64,000 nt of DNA, from NCBI GenBank assembly GCA_009602735.1, contig WELA01000232.1, positions 1 through 64,000 of the forward strand, written 5' to 3'. Within the stretch, counting starts at the first letter, position 1. Each line of letters opens with the position of its first letter. The position numbers were made by a program, and so were the translations under genes. This document shows, one piece after another, positions 40,101-49,330 of this stretch. Origin of the DNA: Mesotaenium endlicherianum. Lineage: Eukaryota. A model generated the notes under the pieces. The model was not told where the DNA came from. It saw nothing but the letters and a program-made list of their open reading frames with translations, and made no database searches.

Positions 40101-41781
40101 CATATAATTCGCCGAGTACACCTGGTGGCAGTACCTGCAGGCTTTGGTCAAGTATATAAGCCTTCACATTTGCGATAGGTACGCCTGCAGCAGGATTTAC
40201 TTCTTGTAAGGTTTGCGAAGGCGAAAATGCTGAATGCAAAATAGTATTGACTTCAGTAGCTCCAAAATCATTTATCAGTGTAGCATGTGGCAGCCGTTCC
40301 CTGAATTGCTGGTATAACTGTAAAGATAAGGGCTCCCCCCCTACTATTACCATGCGCAAAGAGGCAAGCCACACAGTACACTCATCATATTGTAGCATGG
40401 CTCTCAATAGGGAGGGCGTAAGTGTAAGAAAGCTTAGTTTATGCTGACAGATAAATTGTGCAAATTCCTTTGGTTCCTTTTGTATCTCTGCAGGAATAAT
40501 AACTGTGGTAATACCCTTCAGCAGCCCCCCCAACATCTCCCACATTCCGGGCATTACATTTACCGATGAGCGCTGGCCAATAATATCGCCTTCAACAAAG
40601 GGGTAATCATTCCACATCCAATGAAGGCGATTCACTACTTGGCGTTGAACATGTATCACTCCTTTTGGTTTTCCTGTAGAACCAGAAGTATACATAATTA
40701 ACAACGGAGAATCAATGCCAACTTCCGGCTGATTTGCCTGTCCAGGCAATGTCTCACCTTCAGCGTCGATGCAAATCACCTCCCCTGCAAGAGCAGTGGC
40801 CTGCTTTTTTCGGAATTCATCGCAGAGGATAATCTTTAAAGCCGCATCATCAGCGATTTGCTTAACATAAGAAAAGGGAAAGGCGGCATCAAGTGGAACA
40901 TACAAATGGCCCGTTTTTATGATTGCAAGCAAACAAACGATTGATTCAACAGATCGGGGTAAATACACGCCTACATTAGCCGACGGCATGTCACTACTTC
41001 TTATTTTGGCAGCAACTATTTCGACTTTTTCATGAAGCTCATTGTAGGTAACCGAAACAAATTCATTTCTAAACGAGTTACCCTTTATGGCCACTTGCCC
41101 AGGGTTAGATTTTAACTGCTGGATAAAAAGGTCGTAAATGCTCTCTTCCGGGTAGTCCATCCGATGTTCTTTTGAAATTGTCAGCACTTGCTTTTGTCCA
41201 CCTTCAGAAAGTAAGGATAGCTTGGACAACGTTTTGTGCGGCTGTTGACACCACCTGTATAGAAGACTTATGAAATGATCCAACCATTGTTGCACATACC
41301 AGCGCGGAACTGTCGTTTGGTCAAAAATTATTTTGCAATGAGGGCTTTGCCCGGGTTCTACTAAAAACGTAACGATACCAGAATAATTGGACTTCTTGGT
41401 ACTTCCGCTGACAAACGTATAAGGGTGCTCAGCGTCGATATTAGGAGGCGTCCTTCTTTTCCTACCCAGTTGGGTCTTCACTGATTCTAGCAACTCATGA
41501 AGACTATACGCATCGACCTTCTCAAATGACAGAATATGTCTTTTGTTATCAATGACCACTTTTAGCACTGTCTTATCTGTACCCAGATATTTTATGAGCA
41601 ATGCCGAAAAAATTGATAACAATACAGCATCTACACTGACGCCTTTTTTATCACAGAATATCTGCATTTTCCTTACAAGCTGCTTAAGGAATTTAGCTTC
41701 TATCTGTTCGTAGGATCCGTAATGGTGATCTTGTTGCGGCGAACATACAGGCGGTAGCGCCATCGCGAAAACTCTATTCAT
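37150..41781 (-). CDS. hybrid NRPS/PKS loading protein: truncated C-A-PCP-KS-ACP
   Basis: YTSGSTGKPKG, YRTGD, PNGKIDR (A); MGVDSM (PCP); TACSSS/HGTGT/NIGHL (KS); YGFDSI (ACP). Confidence 0.9.
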   Translation of the reverse strand: MNRVFAMALPPVCSPQQDHHYGSYEQIEAKFLKQLVRKMQIFCDKKGVSVDAVLLSIFSALLIKYLGTDKTVLKVVIDNKRHILSFEKVDAYSLHELLESVKTQLGRKRRTPPNIDAEHPYTFVSGSTKKSNYSGIVTFLVEPGQSPHCKIIFDQTTVPRWYVQQWLDHFISLLYRWCQQPHKTLSKLSLLSEGGQKQVLTISKEHRMDYPEESIYDLFIQQLKSNPGQVAIKGNSFRNEFVSVTYNELHEKVEIVAAKIRSSDMPSANVGVYLPRSVESIVCLLAIIKTGHLYVPLDAAFPFSYVKQIADDAALKIILCDEFRKKQATALAGEVICIDAEGETLPGQANQPEVGIDSPLLIMYTSGSTGKPKGVIHVQRQVVNRLHWMWNDYPFVEGDIIGQRSSVNVMPGMWEMLGGLLKGITTVIIPAEIQKEPKEFAQFICQHKLSFLTLTPSLLRAMLQYDECTVWLASLRMVIVGGEPLSLQLYQQFRERLPHATLINDFGATEVNTILHSAFSPSQTLQEVNPAAGVPIANVKAYILDQSLQVLPPGVLGELYVGGHSLALGYYNNDQQNQNKFFIHPLLGRLYRTGDSGLLLPTGQIEMKGRMDGAVKINAFLVETAQIEQAILNCSGISKCAVITRPLRSGKNQLHAFLETDDTTLGQRLRQQLADTLPWFMIPSMFHCIPALPLRPNGKIDRMLLQEKTGKKFALQEVDNERSVVQTIRTNVAAILEISEAFISLTTPFFEMGVDSMGAVALIQSLEKIYNVNLPVSTLFDHSTIQELGNYISLLSGNLKNLENETAKRIDRPGREEKDIAVIGVSGRFPKAANAREFWANLLEGKECIEEISSQRWDTAQTYDPDPHKKGKSISKWAGLLENIDQFEPLFFNLSPHEACFMDPQHRLMLMEAWNALEDAAYTPESLVNHQVGVYIGAKKGDYDSLFDPESVIPSAETLIGNDAAVLSARLSYFLNLRGPNLTIDTACSSSLVALHLACQALHSGEIDMALVGGVCINHAASFYVATSRLGIFSPSGKCRAFDDDADGFVHGEGAGFVVLRPMADAKANSDFIYGVIKGTSVNHGGRANGLASPGAAAQSMVQLQAYERFGINPEMISYIEAHGTGTRLGDPIEIDALTRTFRRYTQRSQFCGIGSVKTNIGHLTAAAGITGLIKVLFSLVHRILPPSLNFSQPNKHINFNESPFYVVKEKQEWNPGDKKPLIAAVNSFGMGGTNAHCVVEEACQSPAQANPFPCYLVPLSARTPASLMARMRDMTTWLTQNPSASLCDVAYTLCIGRSFFPFYQLFLVNSIQDLYDQLQQSVVKPAYKEHHHNKGAAHPPMQDADLLNEEMHYKQLSDLKIWIEQGNMPDWEMVFGKTNGNRIPLPGYSFDTQSYWISQPKSQGSAAPAEQETINSVNGKSSQSLKQALLDSVIRLLELSAGQLSYSVSLDNYGFDSIKAVSLKYDLERTLSRPINMEHLNPHHTLSEIENAIRSNGTNEESDAIKKLVDRFMNDQLDIEILDNTTLDKMFEYMENSSSIKE

Positions 41782-42041
41782 ATTGTTGGTAAGTTAAACA
41801 AGACTTAAACTGTCATAACTTTATTGGTTTGGTTTAGTATAGACAGCCTGCACAAAGCTGGCTTGACATACCTAAACTTCAAGCGAAATCATTTCAGTTA
41901 AAAGCAGAAGATGGTAGTCATTATTTTCGCATTAATATCTTCATGATCAAGTTTGCCTATCCGCTAGGATTGAGGCTCTTTTGCTACGACGTCTTTGGTA
42001 CTACCTAAGACCTTTAGTGGAGATAAGATTTGTCGGAGATT

Positions 42042-43700
42042 TCAGCACGAAATAGTTTCATTTAACCTCTGCCTTAGGGCTTGTTTTAATACTTTTCCAG
42101 TAATTCCAACCGGCACGTCATTCTCCCACACCCATTGCAATTTCGAAAGTAATGGCCTGCCCTTTGCGTGCAAGGTGGCATTCAATTTCTCAAGATATTC
42201 TTCTGCATCTGGCCCCTCGTCATTTATAAGTCTTACGAAAACTACTGGCTCTTGCTTTCCTTCAACGCCTGGAATGCCGACAATGGTACAATCTGCTATT
42301 TCTGGATGATGTTTCATAAGTAATTCCTCGTTTTGCAGGGTGTAGAACCAACCATCTTTTGTAAGTACCGCATCACTAACGCGGTCCACATGATAAAAAC
42401 AACCAAGATGGTCCTTATAAGCAAGATCACCAGTAAGAAAATAGCCACGAAGCCGTGACCGGTGCGTGAGTACCGAATCATTCCAATAGCCATCAGTAAT
42501 GCTTTCTGATTTAATTCCAAGTCTACCAACACTTCCTTGCGGCACCTCATATCCCTTCTCGTCGAGGATGGCAGCCTCGACCCATTTCTGCTGTAGGCCC
42601 ACGCACCGGTCGTAGTTATTTGTAAACAGCGTATGGATGATTCGGAAGCTGGAATGTCCCATTTCTGAAGAGCCTAAGCCATCAATGAATTGTGACCCCT
42701 GTATACGTTGTTCACCACGATAATGAAAGCCATGTCTGACCAGTTTTCTGATATGCGTTTCATGCGCCGCATCGCCGCTATTGATCCAAATTGATACACT
42801 GTTCAAATCATATTCATCTGGGTCTAGTTCGCTCAATTCGACAAAGGTTTGCGGAAAAGAAACCACAGTTGAAGGCTTGTACTGTTCAATCGCAGAGGCC
42901 ACCGCCACACCACTTCTATCCGACATGATTACCAATTCTGATCCATTCAAAATGGCATGGATAGCATAAGCGATAGAGGCATTGTGGGACGATGGCAGTG
43001 ATGAGAGGTACCGGTTGATGCCTTGCGCAGGAGGTAACCCTAACAAGTGTCGTATTCCATGGAACCACTTTGCGTGTTGTAGTAAAACAGCTTTCGGGAC
43101 ACCTGTTGTCCCCGACGAATGGGTAATCATCACAGGGTCCTTATCATCATGCTCGAATTGGAAATCTTTTGGTAAAGGTGTTTTAGTTTTGTTTTCTATA
43201 TGATTGTCGCTAACGAGGAACAATAATTCAGTGTCGGAAATTTCTTTCAGCAGATCTCCGTATCTGGCGTCATCGGTAAATACCCCTACAGCGCCTGTCT
43301 TTTTAAAATGGAGCGCAGCTACTGAGGTTGCCATTGCCCCATTCGTCAAAATAGGAATGGCTCCTATACTTGTAAGTGCTACATAATGAACCAGGTATTT
43401 GCCTCCTTCATCAAAATAAACACCAACAGGATCCTTAGCCTTAACTCCTTGTCGGAGATACCAAGAAGCGTAGTAATTCGCTGTTTCCTTTAGTGTTTGA
43501 ATTGAAAATTCCTTGATAATCTCTCCGTAAAAAGTTTTGAACGGGCAGTGCAGAAATATATTAACCACCTCCCTATTGGGGTTCACATTGTAAGCAATTT
43601 GAACAAAATTTCCCGCTCCCAAATGTGGATGGAGTTGCAGTTCATTTCGCAATCTGTCCGATAGCAACGCGCTTCTTGCCGATGTGTCAACTGATTGCAT
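42042..43700 (-). CDS. stand-alone adenylate-forming (aryl-acid AMP) ligase, probable 3,4-AHBA adenylase
   Basis: THSSGTTGVPK, DGLGSSEMG, FLTGD, TGKVLK; translationally coupled to the aldolase gene. Confidence 0.8.
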   Translation of the reverse strand: MQSVDTSARSALLSDRLRNELQLHPHLGAGNFVQIAYNVNPNREVVNIFLHCPFKTFYGEIIKEFSIQTLKETANYYASWYLRQGVKAKDPVGVYFDEGGKYLVHYVALTSIGAIPILTNGAMATSVAALHFKKTGAVGVFTDDARYGDLLKEISDTELLFLVSDNHIENKTKTPLPKDFQFEHDDKDPVMITHSSGTTGVPKAVLLQHAKWFHGIRHLLGLPPAQGINRYLSSLPSSHNASIAYAIHAILNGSELVIMSDRSGVAVASAIEQYKPSTVVSFPQTFVELSELDPDEYDLNSVSIWINSGDAAHETHIRKLVRHGFHYRGEQRIQGSQFIDGLGSSEMGHSSFRIIHTLFTNNYDRCVGLQQKWVEAAILDEKGYEVPQGSVGRLGIKSESITDGYWNDSVLTHRSRLRGYFLTGDLAYKDHLGCFYHVDRVSDAVLTKDGWFYTLQNEELLMKHHPEIADCTIVGIPGVEGKQEPVVFVRLINDEGPDAEEYLEKLNATLHAKGRPLLSKLQWVWENDVPVGITGKVLKQALRQRLNETISC

Positions 43701-44481
43701 AAATTGATTCGTTTAATTGTGAATGAACAAGGGCATGCAGCGAGCTCAAAAAGGAATTGAGTTCTGGGCGCTGAAAAACATTGCGACCAATGCATAAGCC
43801 TGTTGCGCCAGATCTGATAGCAAGCGATGCTATTGTAAATATATCTTCATCTGCACATCGTGCACCCCCCGCAAGAAAAACAGCTATATCGTCGCTCAAC
43901 TCATGAAGCAGTGGTGGAATCTCATTTATGTTTTCAGGCTGAGGAATTTTTATAGCATCAGCACCCAGTTCGTAAACCATTCGAATAATTTGCCGGAGTG
44001 CATGTACTCTTTTGTCTGCCTGTTCGTATCTGTTCATGTCCTTTGCCATCACCAACACGGGGATACTGTAAATCATCGCCTCATCTACCACTCTCCCTAA
44101 AAGCTTCATGTTATGTGTTTCGTTCTCACCATTGAATAGCAGTTCAATTGAAACTCCATCAGCGCCCAGCCGCAAAGCAGACTCAATACTTGTAAGCCAT
44201 TCCTTCTTGGTCGGATCGTTTGCCAGGGTTGACATACCGTTCAAGTGAACCATCACCCCTTTTCCTGCAAGTAAATTCCTGCAAGCCAGCCGCTCAATTA
44301 TCCCTTTATGAGCTATAATGCCATTTGCCGCAGGATGCTCGATCCAATTTGCAATTCTTTGCACGTTGTTGATGCCTTCGAGCGGCCCCATGGTGAGCCC
44401 ATGATCAATTGGGACAATGATGCCTTTATTAGATTCTTGGTTAACGAATCTGGACCATCTAATTTTTTTTCCTGCGGACAT
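43687..44481 (-). CDS. DhnA-type class I aldolase (GriI-like)
   Basis: IVPIDHG, ALRLGADGVS, ELGADAIK (Schiff-base Lys), AGG, GRNVFQ. Confidence 0.88.
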   Translation of the reverse strand: MSAGKKIRWSRFVNQESNKGIIVPIDHGLTMGPLEGINNVQRIANWIEHPAANGIIAHKGIIERLACRNLLAGKGVMVHLNGMSTLANDPTKKEWLTSIESALRLGADGVSIELLFNGENETHNMKLLGRVVDEAMIYSIPVLVMAKDMNRYEQADKRVHALRQIIRMVYELGADAIKIPQPENINEIPPLLHELSDDIAVFLAGGARCADEDIFTIASLAIRSGATGLCIGRNVFQRPELNSFLSSLHALVHSQLNESIYAIS

Positions 44482-44507
44482 ACAAAAAAATTTAAATGAT
44501 TGTTTAC

Positions 44508-45725
44508 CTATTTTTCAATGATGTGTTCGTCAACTTTAATTCCGACGTGTCTGCCGGGCTCTGTTACATGCCCCAACACTTTATCGCCGGGTTTCAATTC
44601 GGTTATGTTCAAAGGAATAACTTTATCAGAGTAAATGCGTACATGCCAGTCATCCTGCATGATCACATTTACTTTCTTACCTCCCTCAAATTCAGCCTCG
44701 ATCAATCGCAATGGACGTATTTCCGTTTTAATTCTTCCTACCGGATACTTTTTCACCTTTCCTGCGGCATTTACAACCATAACAGAGGATCCCGCTTTTA
44801 ATTCACTGAGATAATCTGTGGTATTTGCATTAAAAACGTAACTGTGTACCCCACCAGCATTTACTCTGAACGGGCGTAACTCCATATAAGGCAAATAAAA
44901 AACCTCTGGGCAACACAGCAATCCCCCCTGAGATGTGGAACCTACCAGCATACCTTCGTCCGGATGGAAGATAGCCGCAAGATCAATACAACCGCGATAC
45001 CCCATGCCTATTGGCTCTGATCGAGTAATGGTACCTACCTGTAATTTGATATGACTGGTGACTAAGTCATCTAATTCTTTAATGAATGAGTTGTACGTTT
45101 CGTGCGAGTCGGGAGAGAAAATAATGCCGTCTGCACCAACTTCCATAACACCAAGTGAAACGATAGCGTCTTCCACATCATTCGTGCTTTTTATTTCCTT
45201 CATTAGTATTGTGTCAGTGGGCTGTAACTCCGCAATAACCAACTCCAATGGAATATTGGTCGGATCATCGAAGAGTATGCTCAGGTAATCGAACTTTTTT
45301 CCCACTTCAATTGCCTTATGAAGAGTGTCAGCATCTTTCACAAAGGCCTTGTAACATATTTTAAGTTTATTGTGAAACTCCAACAGCTCTTCATTGCTGG
45401 TGGCTATGACAATCTGCTTGCCCGATTCCTCGCCTGGCTGAATGATTTTTTTATTGATAAGTTCTGTTAGTTCACCCTTATCCTTAACTGAGATAATCTT
45501 TTGCAAATGTCCGTTAATCTGCTTTTGATACTTTTCCAAATTGTCAGGATAAAGTATAATACCAGAGTATTTGGAACGACAGACTCGTTCTAAGATAGAT
45601 TCAGCTTGTTTATGTTGTCGAATCAGCGCTGTATCAAACCATATACGAAAGCCATCCTTTGTACTTGATGGTTCTTTACTAGACTTAACGACTTTAGTAG
45701 TCATCGTGTTTACGATAGTGTTCAT
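44508..45725 (-). CDS. 3-dehydroquinate synthase II family, GriH-like 3-amino-4-hydroxybenzoate synthase
   Basis: DPTNIPLELVIA, GMGYRGCID, EGMLVGS, LPYMELRPFRVNAGGVHSY, YLSELKAG, VGRIKTEIRPL, QDDWHVR, GRHVG. Confidence 0.88.
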   Translation of the reverse strand: MNTIVNTMTTKVVKSSKEPSSTKDGFRIWFDTALIRQHKQAESILERVCRSKYSGIILYPDNLEKYQKQINGHLQKIISVKDKGELTELINKKIIQPGEESGKQIVIATSNEELLEFHNKLKICYKAFVKDADTLHKAIEVGKKFDYLSILFDDPTNIPLELVIAELQPTDTILMKEIKSTNDVEDAIVSLGVMEVGADGIIFSPDSHETYNSFIKELDDLVTSHIKLQVGTITRSEPIGMGYRGCIDLAAIFHPDEGMLVGSTSQGGLLCCPEVFYLPYMELRPFRVNAGGVHSYVFNANTTDYLSELKAGSSVMVVNAAGKVKKYPVGRIKTEIRPLRLIEAEFEGGKKVNVIMQDDWHVRIYSDKVIPLNITELKPGDKVLGHVTEPGRHVGIKVDEHIIEK

Positions 45726-45743
45726 ATAGCAAGTATTTATTTT

Positions 45744-46409
45744 TCAAGATAATTTGAAACCGACAATGTCAAGGTGGATTTGTGGTGCGCCATGTGAAAG
45801 TGCACAAGCATAACCTTCATCTAGGAAAACATTTTTTACATGCCAGTTATTGCCTCTCTTGGTGCAAATACTGCTTAATTCCGAATTCAGGCTGTTCATT
45901 GGCATGTGTAATCCTAATCCCTCCGCCTTGCTTATACTTTCCTTAATAGTCCACATCTGAATAAAGGAGCGACAGGGGTCAGAAGAGGAACTAAGTCTAG
46001 TCCATTCATTATGCATGCAACAGGAACGGTAAGGATCAAGGTCAAACTTTCGGAATTGTTCCACATCAAGTCCGACCCTGCTTTCATTACTTATAACGCA
46101 TGCCACCAAACTCGCGGAATGCGAGATGTTAAAATCAATATAATCTGTAATAGTAGGGCGATTAAAATTTGACTCCTTGATCTTATATAGGCAGCTCGGA
46201 GCCATCATCAATTTCTTTAGTCCCTCCCTCAATAAGATCTTACCCAACAACCTCACTTTTCTATCCCTTTCAAATACATGAACTTCTATTGATTTCTTTA
46301 ATCTAAACGGCAACACATGCAGCCATCGCTGGTAAAGATCGTCGTCTATCTGATCTGCATAGGCATACAAAAGGCAAGTAATTGGATTGGCGACTAAATA
46401 ATTCGTCAC
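45744..46409 (-). CDS. Sfp-type 4'-phosphopantetheinyl transferase
   Basis: FNISHS, VGLDVE, WTIKESISKAEGLGL. Confidence 0.92.
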   Translation of the reverse strand: MTNYLVANPITCLLYAYADQIDDDLYQRWLHVLPFRLKKSIEVHVFERDRKVRLLGKILLREGLKKLMMAPSCLYKIKESNFNRPTITDYIDFNISHSASLVACVISNESRVGLDVEQFRKFDLDPYRSCCMHNEWTRLSSSSDPCRSFIQMWTIKESISKAEGLGLHMPMNSLNSELSSICTKRGNNWHVKNVFLDEGYACALSHGAPQIHLDIVGFKLS

Positions 46410-47194
46410 TCTTCTATCAGTGTTTGTGGAACAATTTCCGAAATAGGTGTAGGGGAAATCGTTATTATCTTAGATCCTTTGTACTGTCTTGCTATTCGCC
46501 ACGCTTCAAAGGGCAGTTTGATAATTTCATACAGGTTCAGTTTAGACTTACCTTTTTCTAACCATACATTAAGTGGTAATTCCAAAGAGCATTCTTCTAT
46601 TTCCTTGCCTGCTAGCTTAATCCGTTTAAATATTTCCACATCAAAGAGCCATCTGGAAACAAAAGGCTCTCTGAAAATTTCTATGGCAAGGTCGTTATTA
46701 AAGAATTTGGCACCGCATTGGCTGTCGTAAACAGGTATTTTCAAATACATGCTGATGAACGTGGCAATCACCCGCCCAATGATATGTCTATAAACAGCTC
46801 GTTTAATAACTGAACGAATTTTAGCGATTCTGGAACCAAAAACGAATTCGATATCTGCTTTAAAATTCTCTAAGAAGTGTTCAACCTCACTAAGAGGAGT
46901 CGAAAGGTCTGCATCCATGAAACCAACTATGGATGCGTTGCCCTGATAAGCTGTGGTAAGCATGCCTATACGCACAGCTTCTGCCTTACCGAGGTTGCGT
47001 TTCAAATTAATAACCTGAACCTGTAACGGAAACCGCTGTTTCAATTGCTGAAGCATTAGTAAGGTATTATCGGTGCTTCCGTCATTTACGAAAGTGAGGT
47101 GCGCATTGGTGGATAAAAGAAAATCACTGATTTCACCGCAACAAAGACGCTTCTCCTCATTGTAACAAGGAATCACTACGGCAACAGTATACAT
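46406..47194 (-). CDS. GT2 glycosyltransferase (DPM/DPG synthase-like)
   Basis: VIPCYNEE, VNDGSTD, GKAEAVR, FMDADLS, DSQCGAK, WLFDVE. Confidence 0.9.
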   Translation of the reverse strand: MYTVAVVIPCYNEEKRLCCGEISDFLLSTNAHLTFVNDGSTDNTLLMLQQLKQRFPLQVQVINLKRNLGKAEAVRIGMLTTAYQGNASIVGFMDADLSTPLSEVEHFLENFKADIEFVFGSRIAKIRSVIKRAVYRHIIGRVIATFISMYLKIPVYDSQCGAKFFNNDLAIEIFREPFVSRWLFDVEIFKRIKLAGKEIEECSLELPLNVWLEKGKSKLNLYEIIKLPFEAWRIARQYKGSKIITISPTPISEIVPQTLIEE

Positions 47195-47242
47195 AGAATT
47201 CTGTTTGTGATCAACCGGTAGCTGGAGATCAAATCCTGATTA

Positions 47243-49252
47243 TTATTTATTACGGGATGCCATAAGTAATGAAGGAAAAGATATTCCAGCCCCATATTGG
47301 TACAGGGGATTTTTTGAATCCATTGGAACATCTTCTTTTTGCATACGAACCGCTTGCATGGACGAAGGCATTTCAAAAGGAAGCTTACCAGTTGGATTGA
47401 ACTTTCCAAAAATTATATCGAACAAAGCTTCGTCCGTTGCCCCAAAGTCTACCAATAAACCCTTGGCGCGGTCAGCTATTTCCGGTATTACTGCAGGCCG
47501 GTCCATAAAAACATCTACAATGGCAGGCTTTTGGGTAATGATACCAAGAATATGTTTCTTCTGCTGTTCCGTAAAGTCGAGCCGCCCTTGGTGATAAAAG
47601 CGCTCCATTACAAATTTCTTTCTTACGTCGAATGGTGTTTGAAGGCGCATGATCACATAGTCCGCATCTTCCACCTTCTTCACCACCACAGCATATTTCG
47701 AAGCAACAATAGGATCAATGTTTTCTACATAAACGCGCGTTTGCCTTGTTAAAGGCATGCTTGGAGTGTTATTCACAACATCGTTCTTCAATAACACAAT
47801 GGATTTACGCTGAGCCAGCTCTCCCTTCTGTACAAACTCAGGCTTACCTACAATTTTATTGACTTTGCTGATATCCACATATGGATCGTCAAACAGGCCT
47901 AGAATAAACTTCTCACGCAATATCCTTTTTACCGATTGATCAATCCTGCTTTCAGAAATCAGGCCTTTTTTAACCAATTCCACTATCAATTCGGGTGTGT
48001 CTTCTCCGCCAAACTGGTCGCAGCCAGATTCAATAAGCCTTTGCACTTTTTCAATCGGAGAGAGATTCTCTACCCCCCAACTCTTGGGCGGATCCAACGG
48101 AATACCGAAGAGTTTATATTGGTTAATAAGGTTCCAATCAGTGCAAATGATCCCATCGTACCGAAGTTTCTCTCGAAGCAATCCCGTAATAATTTCTTTG
48201 TTAAATGCAAAACCAACAGATTGCGATGTGATTCCTTTGGGAATAGCGTAATAGGGCATAATTTCAGCTGTTCCTGCCGGCAATGCTCCCTTGACAAACG
48301 GAAGCAGGTGATAGTCAAATTTTCCGCCTGGATATACTTCTGTCTTCCCGTATGGGAAATGCGAGTCCTCGCCATTTTCGTGAGGACCGCCGCCAGGAAA
48401 ATGTTTTGTCATACAGGCGACGCTGTTTGCCCCCAGATGATCTCCCTGAAAACCGAGTATATAAGCACGTGTCATTGCGGCTGATAGTTCTGCATCTTCG
48501 CCAAACGTATTGGATATTTTGTGCCACCGGGGTTCAGTAGCCAGATCAGCCATTGGGCTTAACGCCAGGCGAATGCCCAATGCCATGTATTCCTGTCTTG
48601 CTATTTCGCCGAATTCTCTGACCAAAACTGTGTCCCTTGTTGCCGCCATACCCAAGCCAAAAGGCCAGTGTGAGAATTCGTTCATAAAAGGACTCATTCC
48701 AGGATAATAAATAGCACCATGCATAGGGTTTGCTGAAATTGTTACTGGAATCCCAAGCCTTGTACGTTCCGCCATTTTCTGAATATTATTGTTCCATTTT
48801 GCTATATTGTATGCAGAGGCTGCAGGATAAATATCGAAATGACTCATTTTTAACCGGACAATATATTCACTGTTACTCTTCAAAAACCATGAAAAAGGAT
48901 CTTTAAGAGTTGGCATTTCAGCAAAAGATCCGTCTTTTGCAATACCGATCTGATTAATAAACATGGCACCGGCTTTCTCCTCTATCGTCATCTGCTTTAG
49001 TAGATCGTTTACCCGTTCATCAACTGCTCTGCGCTTATCCTCATAGGGATCAAGTCTCCCGTTCTTGTTTAAATCACGAAAAATGAAGTCACCAGTATGT
49101 AACGCAGGCGCCTCTTTGTGCAACAATGCCATATTAAAAGAGGAGTCTAAATGCTTTTTTAATACGAAGGCATAAGCCAGTACAACAGATATGCCTATTA
49201 TACCCAAAATACAAAATACTATGGTCTTAAGTATTCGTTTCATGCTAAACAA
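47243..49252 (-). CDS. glycoside hydrolase family 3 (beta-glucosidase-like), N-terminal membrane anchor/signal
   Basis: MTIEEKAG, RLGIP, KHFPG, IMPYY, ICTDW (nucleophile), GKLPFE. Confidence 0.92.
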   Translation of the reverse strand: MFSMKRILKTIVFCILGIIGISVVLAYAFVLKKHLDSSFNMALLHKEAPALHTGDFIFRDLNKNGRLDPYEDKRRAVDERVNDLLKQMTIEEKAGAMFINQIGIAKDGSFAEMPTLKDPFSWFLKSNSEYIVRLKMSHFDIYPAASAYNIAKWNNNIQKMAERTRLGIPVTISANPMHGAIYYPGMSPFMNEFSHWPFGLGMAATRDTVLVREFGEIARQEYMALGIRLALSPMADLATEPRWHKISNTFGEDAELSAAMTRAYILGFQGDHLGANSVACMTKHFPGGGPHENGEDSHFPYGKTEVYPGGKFDYHLLPFVKGALPAGTAEIMPYYAIPKGITSQSVGFAFNKEIITGLLREKLRYDGIICTDWNLINQYKLFGIPLDPPKSWGVENLSPIEKVQRLIESGCDQFGGEDTPELIVELVKKGLISESRIDQSVKRILREKFILGLFDDPYVDISKVNKIVGKPEFVQKGELAQRKSIVLLKNDVVNNTPSMPLTRQTRVYVENIDPIVASKYAVVVKKVEDADYVIMRLQTPFDVRKKFVMERFYHQGRLDFTEQQKKHILGIITQKPAIVDVFMDRPAVIPEIADRAKGLLVDFGATDEALFDIIFGKFNPTGKLPFEMPSSMQAVRMQKEDVPMDSKNPLYQYGAGISFPSLLMASRNK

Positions 49253-49330
49253 TTTATTGAGTAGTTATTTATACAATACAAGCGTTTATAGGATTCATAA
49301 AAGTCAAAGACCCAGAGCAACCAGCTAGTG

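Noticed and set aside
43687..45725. Archaeal-type alternative shikimate pathway (ADH synthase + DHQ synthase II) for primary metabolism
   Set aside because: Embedded in a secondary-metabolite operon next to an aryl-AMP ligase, with the LPYM..RPFRVNAG motif of GriH-like enzymes; not formally excluded
9501..48707. Numerous 60-180 aa ORFs antisense to or overlapping the large genes
   Set aside because: Shadow ORFs with no recognisable motifs, lying within well-supported coding regions
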